Notes under the pieces: model-generated
Databases searched by the model: none
What the model was told of the DNA's origin: nothing
The model's input: the letters and a program-made list of their open reading frames with translations, nothing else
Translations under genes and position numbers: made by a program
Shown: positions 14,101-27,465 of the stretch, piece after piece
How positions within the stretch are numbered: the stretch's first letter is position 1
How the letters are laid out: the number at the start of each line of letters is the position of its first letter
Assembly (NCBI RefSeq): GCF_037042905.1
Contig: NC_087251.1
Coordinates: 41,542,001-41,606,000 of the forward strand
Source of the DNA: Lytechinus pictus
Lineage: Eukaryota
DNA length: 64,000 bases
Direction of reading: 5' to 3'

Positions 14101-15623
14101 CTAAGGTTAGGTTTACAAACCATGTAGGATAGAGCACAGTTATGTCTCTTGCACGGTGTACAGCGTGTATAATAAAAGAGTGACTTAGGTTAGGTTTACA
14201 AACCATGTAGGATAGCGCACAGTTATGTCTCTTGCTCGATGTACAGTGTGTATCATAAAAGAGTGACTTAGGTTAGGTTTACAAACCATGTAGGATAGAG
14301 CATAGTTATGTCCCTTGCTCGGTGTACAGTGTGTATCATAAAAGAGTGACTTGGGTTAGGTTTACAAACCATGTAGGATAGAGCACAGTTATGTCTCTTG
14401 CACGGTGTACATGTACAGCGTGTATAATAAAAGAGTGACTTAGGTTAGGTTTACAAACCATGTAGGATAGAGCACAGTTATGTCTCTTGCACGGTGTACA
14501 TGTACAGCGTGTATAATAAAAGAGTGACTTAGGTTAGGTTTACAAACCATGTAGGATAGAGCACAGTTATGTCTCTTGCTCGATGTACAGTGTGTATCAT
14601 AAAAGAGTGACTTAGGTTAGGTTTACAAACCATGTAGGATAGAGCACAGGCTCGATGTACAGTGTGTATCATAAAAGAGTGACTTAGGTTAGGTTTACAA
14701 ACCATGTAGGATAGAGCACAGTTATGTCTCTTGCACGGTGTACATGTACAGCGTGTATAATAAAAGAGTGACTTAGGTTAGGTTTACAAACCATGTAGGA
14801 TAGAGCACAGTTATGTCTCTTGCTCGATGTACAGTGTGTATCATAAAAGAGTGACTTAGGTTAGGTTTACAAACCATGTAGGATAGAGCACAGGCTCGAT
14901 GTACAGTGTGTATCATAAAAGAGTGACTTAGGTTAGGTTTACAAACCATGTAGGATAGAGCACAGTTATGTCTCTTGCACGGTGTACAGCGTGTATAATA
15001 AAAGAGTGACTGAGGTTAGGTTTACAAACCATGTAGGATAGAGCACAGTTATGTCTCTTGCTCGATGTACAGTGTGTATCATAAAAGAGTGACTTAGGTT
15101 AGGTTTACAAACCATGTAGGATAGAGCACAGTTATGTCTCTTGCTCGGTGTACAGTGTGTATCATAAAAGAGTGACTTAGGTTAGGTTTACAAACCATGT
15201 AGGATAGAGCATAGTTATGTCTCTTGCACGGTGTACAGCGTGTATAATAAAAGAGTGACTTAGGTTAGGTTTACAAACCATGTAGGATAGAGCACAGTTA
15301 TGTCTCTTGCTCGGTGTACAGTGTGTATCATAAAAGAGTGACTTAGGTTAGGTTTACAAACCATGTAGGATAGAGCATAGTTATGTCTCTTGCTCGGTGT
15401 ACAGTGTGTATCATAAAAGAGTGACTTAGGTTGGGTTTACAAACCATGTAGGATAGAGCATAGTTATGTCTCTTGCTCGGTGTACAGTGTGTATCATAAA
15501 AGAGTGACTTAGGTTGGGTTTACAATCCATGTAGGATAGAGCATAGTTATGTCTCTTGCTCGGTGTACAGTGTGTATCATAAAAGAGTGACTTAGGTTGG
15601 GTTTACAATCCATGTAGGATAGA
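11125..15623. repeat. 83-bp tandem satellite, about 54 copies; about 2 more diverged units at 16032-16190
   Basis: Unit GGATAGAGCAYAGTTATGTCTCTTGCTCGGTGTACAGTGTGTATCATAAAAGAGTGACTTAGGTTAGGTTTACAAACCATGTA; period checked at 11233->11316. Confidence 0.98.
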
Positions 15624-16031
15624 CAGCGCGCGACACTTGCACCAGTCCGACGGTCCCAGACTAATAAAAATTGCTGTTGGGCCAGTAACTTTTCAGAAAT
15701 AGCCACATTTACTGGTCCGTCATGACCAATAAAAAAATATATCAAACTGATACAAATGATATTTGTTTCTCTTTTGTAAATCATAAATGGCTCCCACAAA
15801 TTTTATCTTGTGTGTGTTTGTGTACCGTTTGTTTAATGATTTTTTTTTTTTTTGGGGGGGGGCAATAAAAGCAATAAAAGAAAGCAAAATAATCTCAATT
15901 CTTTTTTTAAATGTTTTTTTCGTTATTTTTTTTTGGGGGGACCAGTAAAAAATTGAAAAACTGGGTACCTACTGGTTTGACATAGACAGGTTGGACCAGT
16001 AGAAAAAAAGGTTAGTGACTGTGGAGCCCTG
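15624..16031. mobile_element. hAT-like MITE inserted in the satellite
   Basis: Imperfect termini CAGCGCGCGACA / TGTGGAGCCCTG; flanking duplication GGATAGA; internal CCAGT repeats. Confidence 0.7.
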
Positions 16032-16213
16032 GGATAGAGCACAGTTCTGTCTCTTGCTCGATGTACAGTGTGTATCATAAAAGAGTGACTGAGGTTGGGT
16101 TTTCAAACCGTGAAGCATAGAGTGTAGTTTGATGTCTCTTGCTCGGTGTACAGTGTGTATCATAAAAGAGTGACTGAGGTTGTGGATAGATTTCAAATTC
16201 CTGTGCCTTTCTT

Positions 16214-16960
16214 AGGGACAGTGATTTTCCGTTTCTAAAAATTGCCTTTTCCGTTTCAGAAAATCTTAAATTCCGTTTCAGCATGTCTGAAAACGGAAAT
16301 TCTGTTTCCCCATAGACATTCTGTACATGAAAAAGTGACAGTTCTGTTTACATAGAAATGAGTAGCGATGTCAAAATGCTTGCGCTGGTCAAAATTTGCA
16401 TCTGCCACTGTACTAACATTGCTTTAAAATCCATTTTAATCGAAGAGATTAGAGTACAAAAACTATTTAAAAAAACATAGTCAACATGAATACATCCTCA
16501 CCTTTCACATTATTAGCATTAGTTTATGGTTAAATGAGATTTTATTGCTGATTTGGGAACTTTTTGGACATCGTTTTGAGCAGTTGATGACTACCGCCTA
16601 TCTGCCATTTTGGATTTGTTGAATCACCGCGATCATGATATGACCGCAGAGGGCAGACTTATATGCGGACTTGAGTGTAAACTAATTTAGATACGATCGA
16701 GTGATGATCAATGGAGGGGCTCGAGTGCAGTTACAATGTGTTGATTGTCATGATTGTTGTAGCGAAGTGAGATCGTGTTTTTTTTCCAGTTGATATTCGT
16801 ATTTTGTTGAGGATTTGGGAGTAATTTCTGTTGCTATTCTGTGCATTTTGAGAAAAAATATGTTTTCTGTGATTTTCCGTTTGAAAAGCCACTTTCAGTT
16901 TCAAAAGGCTGATTCCGTGAATTCCGTCCGTTTCTGTGATCGCAGAAGATCACTGTCCCT
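16214..16960 (+). mobile_element. hAT-like MITE
   Basis: TIRs AGGGACAGTGATTTTC / GAAGATCACTGTCCCT; degenerate 8-bp flanks CCTTTCTT / TCTTTCTG; TTCCGT subterminal repeats. Confidence 0.8.
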
Positions 16961-17212
16961 TCTTTCTGTAAACCATATAAGGTAAAGTTCACCCCAGAAA
17001 AATGAGGAATTGAATAAATAGAGAAAATCTAACTCATAACGCTGAAAATTTCATTAAAAAAAATCATCGGATGTAAAATAAGACAGTTATGACATTTAAA
17101 AGTTTCGCTTATTTTTCACAAAACAGTGACATGCACAACTCAGGAACATGCAAATGAGACTTTTAGATGATGTCCCTCACTCATTATTTCTTTTGTTTTT
17201 TATTGTTTGAAT

Positions 17213-17616
17213 GTTCAATGTCCTCCATTCCCAGTCGTAAAAGTAAACGTCTTTCAAATCATGATTTGGAGGAAAATTTAAACGTCAAATAAAATGCGTT
17301 TGGAAATGTGATCAGGTAAGATTTTATGACCTTCAGACTAGTGAATGCGACATTGACCACGATTGAGTTTTGAAACGTCTTTAAATTTGCTCTCGCAGTG
17401 GAAGCCTACGCAAGCAGGTGCCAAATTGACCTTTCTTGTGATGGGTCAAACTGCGTGCTAAAGCTGCGCTAACGAGAGTGCGAAATCGACAAATAATCAG
17501 CTTTATATTTTCGACACTGAATAGTGCACCGCTTATCGTGTTTGTGTTTTTTGATTGAGTTTTCAATCATGATTTATGTTGCTATTTCAATTTGAGAACC
17601 GACATTGAACACACCC
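17213..17616 (+). mobile_element. MITE with GTTCAATGTC / GACATTGAACACACCC termini
   Basis: Terminal inverted repeat; related pieces at 1-213; abuts and truncates the Kolobok-like fragment. Confidence 0.65.
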
Positions 17617-18280
17617 GTAGGCAAATAAGACATCCAATTCTGTGCAGATAATTACAGAAGGAATTTGTATGCACTTTCGTACTGTACACAATAAATATTC
17701 ACAATTATTGTGATTATCGTCATTATTACGATTGTTTTTTTAATTATCATTATTATTATTTAATATTCTGCCATTGATTTCCATCTGATTATGTACATGT
17801 ATATTTTCATTTCCCCTCTTCACTCTATAATTGCCTATGTGGTTGAAAAATACTGTTCTCATTGGTTTCTTATTATTTTCAATCTTTATGTTTTATTATT
17901 ATTTGTACATTACTACACATGTATGTGTTATTTTTTTATAATTAGTAATTAATTTATGGGATCATTAAATTCACCCTTGTTTCCTTAATTCCTTAATATA
18001 AAGTCAGGCTCTCTGGGGTTTCAATAAACATACAAAAATTTATTTTAATTGATTGGCAAAATAAGAGGTACATGGATTTTTTGAGTGCATTCATTGATGC
18101 AAGTTGTATATTAATCTAATATTGTGAATGCGTTCAATGACACTATTGATTTACCCTGAGGAATGGCCCTCATGCAGCCTCACTAATCTCCATTCATATC
18201 ATCTCCCAATGCATGCGGGCTCTGTTGTATTAACCAATAACAAATTTTTCATTTGACTCCCATCTCGTGTATGCATACAG

Positions 18281-18540
18281 GACTGGGTTTGACTGAGAGG
18301 TTGGTGCTTATTGCGCAGTCGACGCCGCATACTTTCAATTCATCCTCGTAGTCCACACGAGGAGCTAATTAAGTGTGTGATCACAGCGGAGAGCCGTCAC
18401 AGGTGTCCCGTCGCTTCACACGCTACCTGTGATAAAGACATGAGAGGGGTCATCGAGTGACCTGGTCATCTCTTGACGTATTGTGAGCCTCTTTGAGTCA
18501 CCGCAGAGGAGGCCGGTCAGTCCAGTTCTCACACGTACAG
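18281..18540 (+). other. Candidate non-coding 5'UTR exon of EHBP1
   Basis: GC-richer, apparently unique stretch bounded by ...atgcatacag and CAG|GTAAGG. The first coding exon has its own acceptor, so an upstream exon is required. Confidence 0.4.
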
Positions 18541-19838
18541 GTAAGGGGTGCAGGGCAAGGAGTTTGTAACAAACATGTAGATTTATGCATGGTGTTACAC
18601 TAGCCATGCGTTGAATCGTACTATGTAATTAGGTGTGGACACTGTTCAGTATTGATCTATTGCATACCTACATGTTGGAAAGCTCCCCGATGTTATCCTG
18701 GAATAATGAGTTTGATGAATTGCAGCAGTTACATTCTGTTGCCTTTGAGATTATCAGTTGAATGTATCGAAGACAATTTGTGGTTAGAAAAAATATAATT
18801 GATGATGTTGTGATCTGATGAAAAACAAATTTTTGTCTCCAGGCTCAAGTGAAGATATATTCAATGATCCAATATTCCCCCAAACTTGGCTCCCTCTGCA
18901 GAGCATGTTAAGCCCAGCGCACAAACATGATCCAACAATTTTTAACAAATCGCATTTTGTATTAAATATTAAAGTTCAAGAAGTAAAATCATTTAATTTG
19001 AGGTTCAGCTTAGTACTATTAAAATCAGAATACTGCTTTGCTGCAAGCCTCATGGTCGAAGCAAATCCTAAACAGCTTTAAGACATATCCGATCAGGACA
19101 TCATTATGTTTTTGAATTAATTTTGCTTTTATAACACATAGAGAGACTAGAGAGAAACTTGAGATTTTATTTCAATATTCGTACTACAGTGTATGAGGAG
19201 CTTTGGTTGTTAGGTTAGAAGTTTTGTACCAAATGTTATTACAATTTCTTTGAAAATTGCATCGCTGGGCTTATAAATCGAATTTGGCGCCATTGCACAT
19301 CACCACGCGCCAGTTGGGAGGCAGTTTGAGCCACTGCACACCACTAGGCACCTTATTGGCGACACTGGGCGCCACAGTCACCTTGCATTGGCACGAAATG
19401 GTGCCGGCCCAGTGGAACCAAGAATGGAATATGCAATAATGGTGTAAAGGGAAGGGAGACGGACATTTGGGAATGGGTTTATCCCAGACAAGATCAGGAC
19501 AGGATAGGTTTGTCCTCAAGCCAGAAAAGCACAGGAAGTGGTTATTTCTACAGGACATACTTTCAGATTAGTCTTAATTACTTGTGAAAGGGATGAGGTA
19601 GAGCAATCCATAATGTACCATCAGTCTGTGACCCTGATATCATCGGTGTGGATAGTGATTGGGATGTCCATGGACCATGATTTTGTGAGATATTTCGTCG
19701 GGGGGGGGGGGGGGAGGGTGTGATTAGACTCCATTCTCCCATAGGCTGCAGTAGATTCCCCCCCCCCCCTGTTTGCTCATTCTACAGGCGCACTAACATA
19801 AATGACTCCAAATGATGGATGGTTACATGTATGTCATT

Positions 19839-20061
19839 GGGTGATTCAAGTTCGGTGTTGGTGTTGGTGTTAGAAGCACAATTTGGATTGTGTTTCCTAA
19901 CTCCAAAACCTAGTTTCAGATTACACAAATGATCCAGACAGCTCGACACCCAGAGAATGTCTCTTTAAAAGCAACTCCATTTTATGTTTGGTGCAATGCT
20001 CATGTAAAACTTGGCCTAACACCAACACCGAAAGGTCAACACACCAAACTTGAAATCACTC
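19839..20061. mobile_element. Harbinger-like MITE, ATT TSD
   Basis: ATT|GGGTGATTCAAGTT ... AACTTGAAATCACTC|ATT; GGTGTT/AACACC repeats. Confidence 0.75.
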
Positions 20062-21216
20062 ATTGGAAAGAACGCTTTAGCTTAGGTGGGATTGGATTTT
20101 TTTTTTTTGAGACTGTAGTACATGTATTACACCTCTCAGATAGCATAGCATGTTTACTGTAATATTGTTTGAGTTTTCATTGCTCAAGGAACAACAATTC
20201 TGGTTGCACGTTAGTATGACTGGTTGTCTAACTGTTCCATTACGAAACTAGAGAAATGCAGGCTATGTATTTTGGATTTATTTCATGTGTAATTCCTGAC
20301 TTTTTTATGTAAAATGTCCATTTATATTATATCCATTTTCATACTTCATTACATTACTTTGATGCAAAGTCATGTTACTTGAATCTCCCAAGTTAAATTA
20401 TACTACATAGTGTACCTAAGGCATATTCAAGGGTAATGTGAATCTTAAAGCTTACTCCAGCAACAAACAAGGAAGTCTACAACATTTCATTTGCTGGCAG
20501 TGATTATAAAATTGAACTGCACTAAAACACATCAAAACATAGATTTCTTGTATTTGTGGAACTTTTTTTGCAGATTTTTAAAAATGTTTGATGTGCAAGT
20601 AAGTAAACAAGAAAAGTAGGGGGGAAAAGCGGAAACATAGGATATGGGTATTCTGGACTGATTTTCAAAATATATTTCTGAATTGAAGAGTTGTAAATAT
20701 ATTGAAATGAGTTATGTTCGTCATTTTATCAAGGGAGAATCATTTGCCATATAGATTTTAACCAGTTCTATTAATGAGAAGGTCTTTTACACGTAAACTG
20801 TAAAGAAAGTGTCATATCTGTTTTTTTTAATTTGTACAAGTACATCTGTGTCTGAGACAGAATAGTGAAACCAATGGCATCGGCTATGCTGGAGTGTGTG
20901 GTGAGGGTGCAAGTTGCAGTTTCATTCAATTGAAACCAAGTTATACATGTAGTTGAATAATAAGTGAATATTTTATTGGTTTAGAAGAACTATACTTTCA
21001 TTTTCATTATATATAGTTGCACTAACAGCTTGATTATTTTCATGTCGAGCATTAAACTGTATTCATCTTATTCTAGAGTTTTTAATGATTTTTTTTTCTT
21101 TTATTACCATTTTGTAGTCTGAGGACAACATATCTTCGATTGAGACTGAATTTCTCTCTTTTTGCCTGCTTGGCAATAAAAAGACTCTGTAAAGGACACC
21201 TAAGAATCAACTCATA

Positions 21217-21320
21217 ATGGCCTCTGTGTGGAAGAGACTTCAGAGGGTCGGCAAGAGAGCTGCCAAGTTCAAGTTCACTGGTTCGCTCCACGAGTTGGCC
21301 GTGGAAGCTACCAAAAAGTG
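21217..21320 (+). CDS. EHBP1: EHBP1 coding exon 1 (MASVWKRLQRVGKRAAKFKFTGSLHELAVEATKKW), NT-C2 start; exon probably begins at 21118 in the 5'UTR
   Basis: ATG in ATAATGG context; donor GTAAGT at 21321 (phase 2); acceptor ttttgtag ending 21117. Confidence 0.95.
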
Positions 21321-21602
21321 GTAAGTAATTCTAGGATGGAAGGCAAGATAATAGGGAGGTTTGGATCACATATCAGACATGTCAGCATGGAGTTGACTTC
21401 TCCATCATCTGCTTAATATTGATAGCGTATTAAAATGGTGGAGCAGAGCACCGCAAGACACAGAGCTTACAAAAGCAGGACGGTCATTTTGCCTTATTTC
21501 CTTCCTTGATAATCTGGGGATTTCCATGTTCTCATGAATAGTGACTGTAACAGTTGGTATTAGTCCTGCTTGCACATGCACAAGAGACACTGCAAGACAT
21601 AA

Positions 21603-21892
21603 AGGTCCTGTCACATCGTTCCATGCAAGCCTTGAGTGTGACTTCTTTCGCAACCTGCAGGTCACCCACATTGAGAGTATCTCACACATGCGACTGCCCG
21701 CAGGAGAACACGCAAGTCTGATTTCCCTGCAGACAAGTTTTGAACATACTTGAAACTGTGTTGGTTGGTTGAGTTTAGTGTGTGGAGGTGGCGCTATCCA
21801 TCGATATCCGATGATTTCTGTTGCTGGTGAGTTGCAGGAGATTGCCCGCAAATCACCCACAAGGCTCGCACGGAAACGATGTGACCGGACCT
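21603..21892. mobile_element. Harbinger-like MITE, TAA TSD
   Basis: TAA|AGGTCCTGTCACATCGTT ... AACGATGTGACCGGACCT|TAA. Confidence 0.8.
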
Positions 21893-23290
21893 TAAGAAGC
21901 AAGCTTGTCAGGGTTTGATCATGTGGTTCTGTTCTACAGCATCACAAAAACTGTGGTACAGGGTACTTTGGAATGTTGGAGCTGTTGTAGACAAAAAAAG
22001 AGTTGGTGATAGGGGGGAGGTGGGGAGGAACGCAAATCAGCAATACCACTCATCCCAACCATCCGTTGAAATTAGGGATGACATGGGATGGTTTAGTGAA
22101 CCAGTATAAGCTTATTCACTACAAGGAGAAAGATGTACATTACATTCCATCTGTGCGTACGCCAGGGGGTAGGCACAGTGAGCTTCAGTCAGCTGTAAAG
22201 CCGATTTTTTCCATGGGCATGCCTGTCTAGATGTACCCACACCCATCGACGAGAGTTCCAAAGAAAGATTTAAATTTTTTTGTCATAATATTTAGAGTTT
22301 GTAGTGTCTCATGTTAAGTGTGCACTTGTTTCTATTTATGTACTGTACATAAAATAACCCAAGTGTCTAATTTTTTTTTTAATTGAAGTTTATTAACTTA
22401 CCGAGTTTGCAATTTTCTGTATGTCTCCTTGACTCAGATGCTGATCTGGTAAGAGTAAGAGGAAGAGAGGGAGGGAGGCGCGGTGGTGGTCTGGGCACCC
22501 TCTCTGCTGCAGTAGCTCTAGAGCAGCTTTGGGCATAACAAAACAATACAATGCATAAAAATGCCAAAAAATACCAGTGACCTCATGGCCAAGTAACCTT
22601 TGACCTTCCCCAGGCATAGAGATGATACCATGGGTGTATGCTTGTGTCGTGTTGTGCGTGGCACCCGTTTCCTTTTGTTGGAGGATAGCAATCAACAAAA
22701 TAAGAAAAATTCATTCAATGAAATATAAATTTGAAGAATGTTGGATTGATTCAAAAGACAAGATTATTCAATGTTTTATTGAATTATAATCTACTTGTGT
22801 GTTGACAATTGCATGATTTAAGAATTCAACATTCCGTATTGGCTCATGGTTGTGTAAACAGATTTTTATGATATTTAATTCTTTCTGTTTTGCTCTAGAA
22901 TATAAGGACAGTATTCAATCCAACTCCCAAGTAATTTGTGAACCAGATTACCCTTAATGTTTTCTAGTTCTGTCAAGAGGGAAAAATTTTCTCTGAGATT
23001 GGATTGGCATTACTATTTTTCCCCGAGGTGCGAAGATCCGAGGGAAAAATACAGGACTTTGCCAGTACAACCAAGGATGAATATTTCCCTCTATACTTTT
23101 GAAATAAAGGCCTGGTATATTTGTTTTATATATTTTACTTTTAATAAGTTAGAACAATAGATCTTGATGATCTGAACCAAAATATAGATAATGTGCTGCG
23201 CTGACTGACCTATTTTTCCTGAAGCCACACGCTCGGCGGAACGCGGATGAGTGCCCGCACCGTCCCTTCACGGGACTTGCCTGGTAGAGA

Positions 23291-23867
23291 CCCGGGGGGG
23301 GGGGGGGGCACTTCCATTGACGAGTGGATACCATGCGCGACCATGGGGTCTCGAAAAGCACCTAAACACGTATTTTCCATATTCTGAAAATGCACCCCTT
23401 AACAAGTATTGGCATGTGAAACCCTACCCTTAACAAGTATTGGAAACAAAACGATACTCTTGGCAAGTATTCCCTGAATTGACCCCTAAACAAGTAACAG
23501 TTACAACAATATTTTTATTGTTATGTCACTGTTGTCGGTTTTACCTTTACCTGATTAGGTTGAGTACAGCCCCATCTCCCACATCTCGCGCAGAATCGTA
23601 CTCTAAACACGTAGTGTCGACTCTTGGGGCAAAAAGTACATCCTTTATAAAAACGTTTTAGTCTTAATTTTTTACACCCTCGCAAATTTGACCCTAAACA
23701 CGTTGCTTTCCTAGCGAAAATAGATACGCTTTTTTATTATTTTAGTGTTTTTGACACCCTTATTACGGTACGTACGTAACGTGCCCTATCTTGAAAAAGA
23801 CATCTTTTTTATGTGTTTTTTTGGTCGCGCATGGTATCCACTCGTCAATGTAAGTGGCCCCTCCGGG
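23291..23867. mobile_element. MITE with CCCGGG(G)n termini, 7-8 bp TSD (G)GTAGAGA
   Basis: Near-perfect TIR CACTTCCATTGACGAGTGGATACCATGCGCGACCA and its reverse complement at ~23822-23856. Confidence 0.9.
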
Positions 23868-26133
23868 GTAGAGACACCTCACTGACTGGTGCGTCCGAGA
23901 GATTGCTTGATCTGTGACGTCAGTGATGGAATATTGTGCTATTCCATCATTGTAGAATATTTGAAAAAAATGTTTTGTTGATATTTTATATGCATGTACA
24001 TTTTAATTGGAGAGTGGGAAATCTAGGACATCAGACAGTTCTGGTGACTCATGAATGCAGCACAGTAAAAACTTGTAAAATCTCTTTATAGATTATTCAA
24101 TTCTATCCAATTAAGAAATGAAATATCCTACCCAGATATTATTTGAAGGAAAATGCAACTGTAAATGTTATTGTAATGGCCTGATTCATCAAAAGAAATA
24201 CTGCTAACAGATATGTAATTGTACCACAGTATATATGTAGAATATACACATTTTGTTGAGTAGATCTCTGTCTTGCACTGTGTTTGACATTTATGCAAGC
24301 TTTTGGAGTGATAGAGATCAACGATTTCCTGAACAAGAATGCTCCATAGTTCCTATGTACTATAAATAAGCCCAGCATCATCCTAATATAGCTCTCTGTT
24401 CTTTTCTATGATGTGAGTAAGTTGGCTCTCAATCAGCTGACTATACTCAATAATAATATTCCCAAAATAAACCTGTCCAATCATTAGATTGCTCCCTCTG
24501 GTGTTTAAGATTGTTATTTCTGAAGTTTTTTATATCTAGTCAGCACAGCCATTCAGTGACTTTTCTCTTGAAGTTCCAAATGACTGGGGTGAAATATGTT
24601 GTTGTTTTTTGTGGTAGTGGTGGTAGGCTAGATGGAGTGGGGGCTTTTTTTTTTTCTTTCTTTTTTTTTTGAAGATCCTGAATTTAGAATTATCTTTATT
24701 TTATTGTAAAAATCATATCCATGGCATTACAAGTTTTTATTGAAATTAGTTTTGTTTTTTATTTAACTATTTTTGCTTTCATGTTTTATCAAGTAGCTCT
24801 AGAATTTTATCTTCATATCGAACTGACATTGCAGATTTTGAGGCAATGGATTTTGTAGAGTTTGTTTGAAAATCTAATATTTGTTCATATAATATTAGAC
24901 ATACCTTTGAGAAAAAAATAAAGGAAAATGGGAAAGTTGTATTTTTTTTCTTAACTTATTTATGGAATACAATGAAAGCATTGATTGAACCCACTGGAAG
25001 AATTGTATACCACTGAATTGGCTAGCTGCCTTAAATGAGTTCATATTTCATTCCTCAATTCACAAAACAACCATCAATCAAATATACAATAGAATGCTCA
25101 TCAAGATGAGTAAGAAGCAAGTTGGGTTTTAGCAGCAGGTTTATGATAGTTAAAATCATGAGTAGCAAGAGCTACCCCATTGACCCTCTATAGCCTCAGC
25201 TATTTTGAAATTGCGCTGCCCGAGGGGGGGGGGGGCTTATTTGCCGCCCTCCCCCCCCCCCAGATTCCGGTATATTGTCATGACAAAAATTGGCACACGC
25301 ATCACCATGATGTAATCTCCAAAATTGGAAAGTTAATTGTCCTATTAAAAATAATGTGACAAAAACTACATGTACCATACAAAAGTAGATGAAAGGAACT
25401 CTCAGCAAGAGTACCCCGGTTTGTAGAAGATTGCCCTCTTGTGTTCAGATTATAGACAGTCTCCAACACAGTGCTCATTGTACACAATATCTATCCAACA
25501 GGCTCTCCTCTTGTTGACGAATTGGAACCATTTGATTTAGGAGAAGACTGACCTCTAGTGTCTGTAACTGAGAAGTCTAGTACATTGCAGTGAAATTAGG
25601 TTAAAAAATTATCTAGTTCAGAATAATTGATGCCCTTTCTTGTGATTCTTTTAGCAGTAGTTAATTTAAAATAAAAGTTTACAAAAAAATCACGGTCAGG
25701 TTAACACATGTCATTCTTTAGTTCATTTTAATATTTGTTTATTCTTGTTTTCCTCCTACAGTTTGTTCAACACTCTTGTTTTTTTTTTTATACAATTATA
25801 ACACTTTAAGTTCAGGCCAAGTATGTTTTCATCTACTGGTAGCAATTTTTATGTATACATGATAAAATGAACAGTCATTGACATTTATTGTTCAAACAAA
25901 ATTTTTTTCCCCCTCTCTTCAGTAATGAAGTGGAGGCTTCTGCAAATGAGACACATATTTGGGAATTCTATTAAAAGTCTTTCCTCCATTATACTGCAGA
26001 GTATGAAATGAAAAGTGGATACTATTGATTGAACTGCTAAGTCTTTGATAGTCATGGTTATTACCTTAATCCCGTTTAATGTCCCCAATCCCTGGCATTA
26101 AAGATCTTGTCAACTACTGGGTATTTCATCAAA

Positions 26134-26616
26134 AGGTGGTTTCAAACCGCCTCGATCATAAGAATCCCCGTTAAATTACGAGAACTTTTTTAGGCTAAAA
26201 AATACCCGTTAATTATTCCTGCATTAACACCGCCCCGAAACATACCCTTCGGGATAAATTCCTGAAGTTAGGAGCATGCGCAGTATGGTCTGATAAGCAG
26301 GCAAGGCGCGAGATTCAAAACCACTAGCTCAGCAGCCACCCACGGCGCCCGCGCCCAACTACACGCTGGGCTAAAAGTTCCCGTAAATTGCTTTCACATT
26401 GCCAAAATACCTGCGACCTTGGACCTTGGAAAAATCCCCGCGAAAGTTATTGTAATTTTGCCGAGTACCTACTATTTAGTGGGTATTTTCTTTCGGGGAT
26501 ATTACGCGTAATTTGCTTTCATATTGCCAATATTACCTGGTATTTTCTGATCGGGTAAATTTCCCGATCAGAAAATACCTGGAACTGACGAACTTCGAGG
26601 CGGTCTGAAACCACCT
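26134..26616. mobile_element. Harbinger-like MITE, AAA TSD
   Basis: AAA|AGGTGGTTTCAAACCGCCTCGA ... TCGAGGCGGTCTGAAACCACCT|AAA. Confidence 0.85.
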
Positions 26617-27149
26617 AAAGAGAACACACCTTTGGGATGAGTAGGGGTGAGAGGTTGTTAAAGATTTCAAGCAAAATCATTTTATGATCCATTCACAATT
26701 CTTTCACATCATTTTTTTCTCCCCTTTCTCTCTCACCATCTCTAGCTTTCTCTATTTTTTTTAGAGTCGTGGTAAGATGCAGAGGGTGTTTAAGAAACAA
26801 GTGCGCTAATCTGAACGAACAAATAAAAATAAGAGTTATCCGCTTCACCCTATCAGCTCACTCACTTCCTTGATGCACCATCCAGCACCCTTTTAGCTTC
26901 CCTCTCGCCCTTGGGAGATGAGATTCACAATGGCTGCTCCATTGCCTGGGGAATTCAAATGACGTTTCCCTGCACCGCAAGAGATCTTTATTCTTTTCCC
27001 TTTCTATTGTGTCATCTTCTCCTTCATGAAGACCATCAACTACCCCTATTGTAGGGGCTAATAACCACTTCTCACACCAGCAGGGACTGTGCGTGGAGAC
27101 GAGATGGGTAATTGCTGAAAGAAGAGTCCTTTGCATTCAAGTCTCCTTT

Positions 27150-27465
27150 TTCCTCTTCCTCCTCCTTCTCCTTCTTCTTCTTCTTCTATTCCTTCTTCTT
27201 CTTCTCCTTCTCCTTCTCCTTCTTCTTCTTCTTCTACTTCTTCTTCTTTGTCTTCTCCTCCTTCTCTTCTCCTCCTCCTTCTTCTACTTCTTCTACTTCT
27301 TCTTCTTCTACTTCTTCTTCTTCTTCGTTGTCGTCTCCTCCTCCTCCGTCGTCGTCTTCTCCTCCTCCTCCTCCGTCGTCGTCTTCTCCTCCTCCGTCGT
27401 CGTCTTCTCCTCCTCCGTCGTTGTCTTCTTCTCCTTCTCCTTCTTCTTCTTCTACTTCTTTTTTC
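27150..27465. repeat. Compound (CTT/CCT/CGT)n microsatellite
   Basis: Pyrimidine-rich triplet repeats; explains the three overlapping low-complexity ORFs. Confidence 0.95.

Noticed and set aside
11125..15623. CRISPR-like array or telomere
   Set aside because: Units are head-to-tail with no unique spacers and no cas genes; TTAGG occurs only twice per 83-bp unit; no hammerhead core found in the unit
21405..21902. 165-aa minus-strand ORF
   Set aside because: Spans a MITE and its flank, non-ATG start, no recognisable domain
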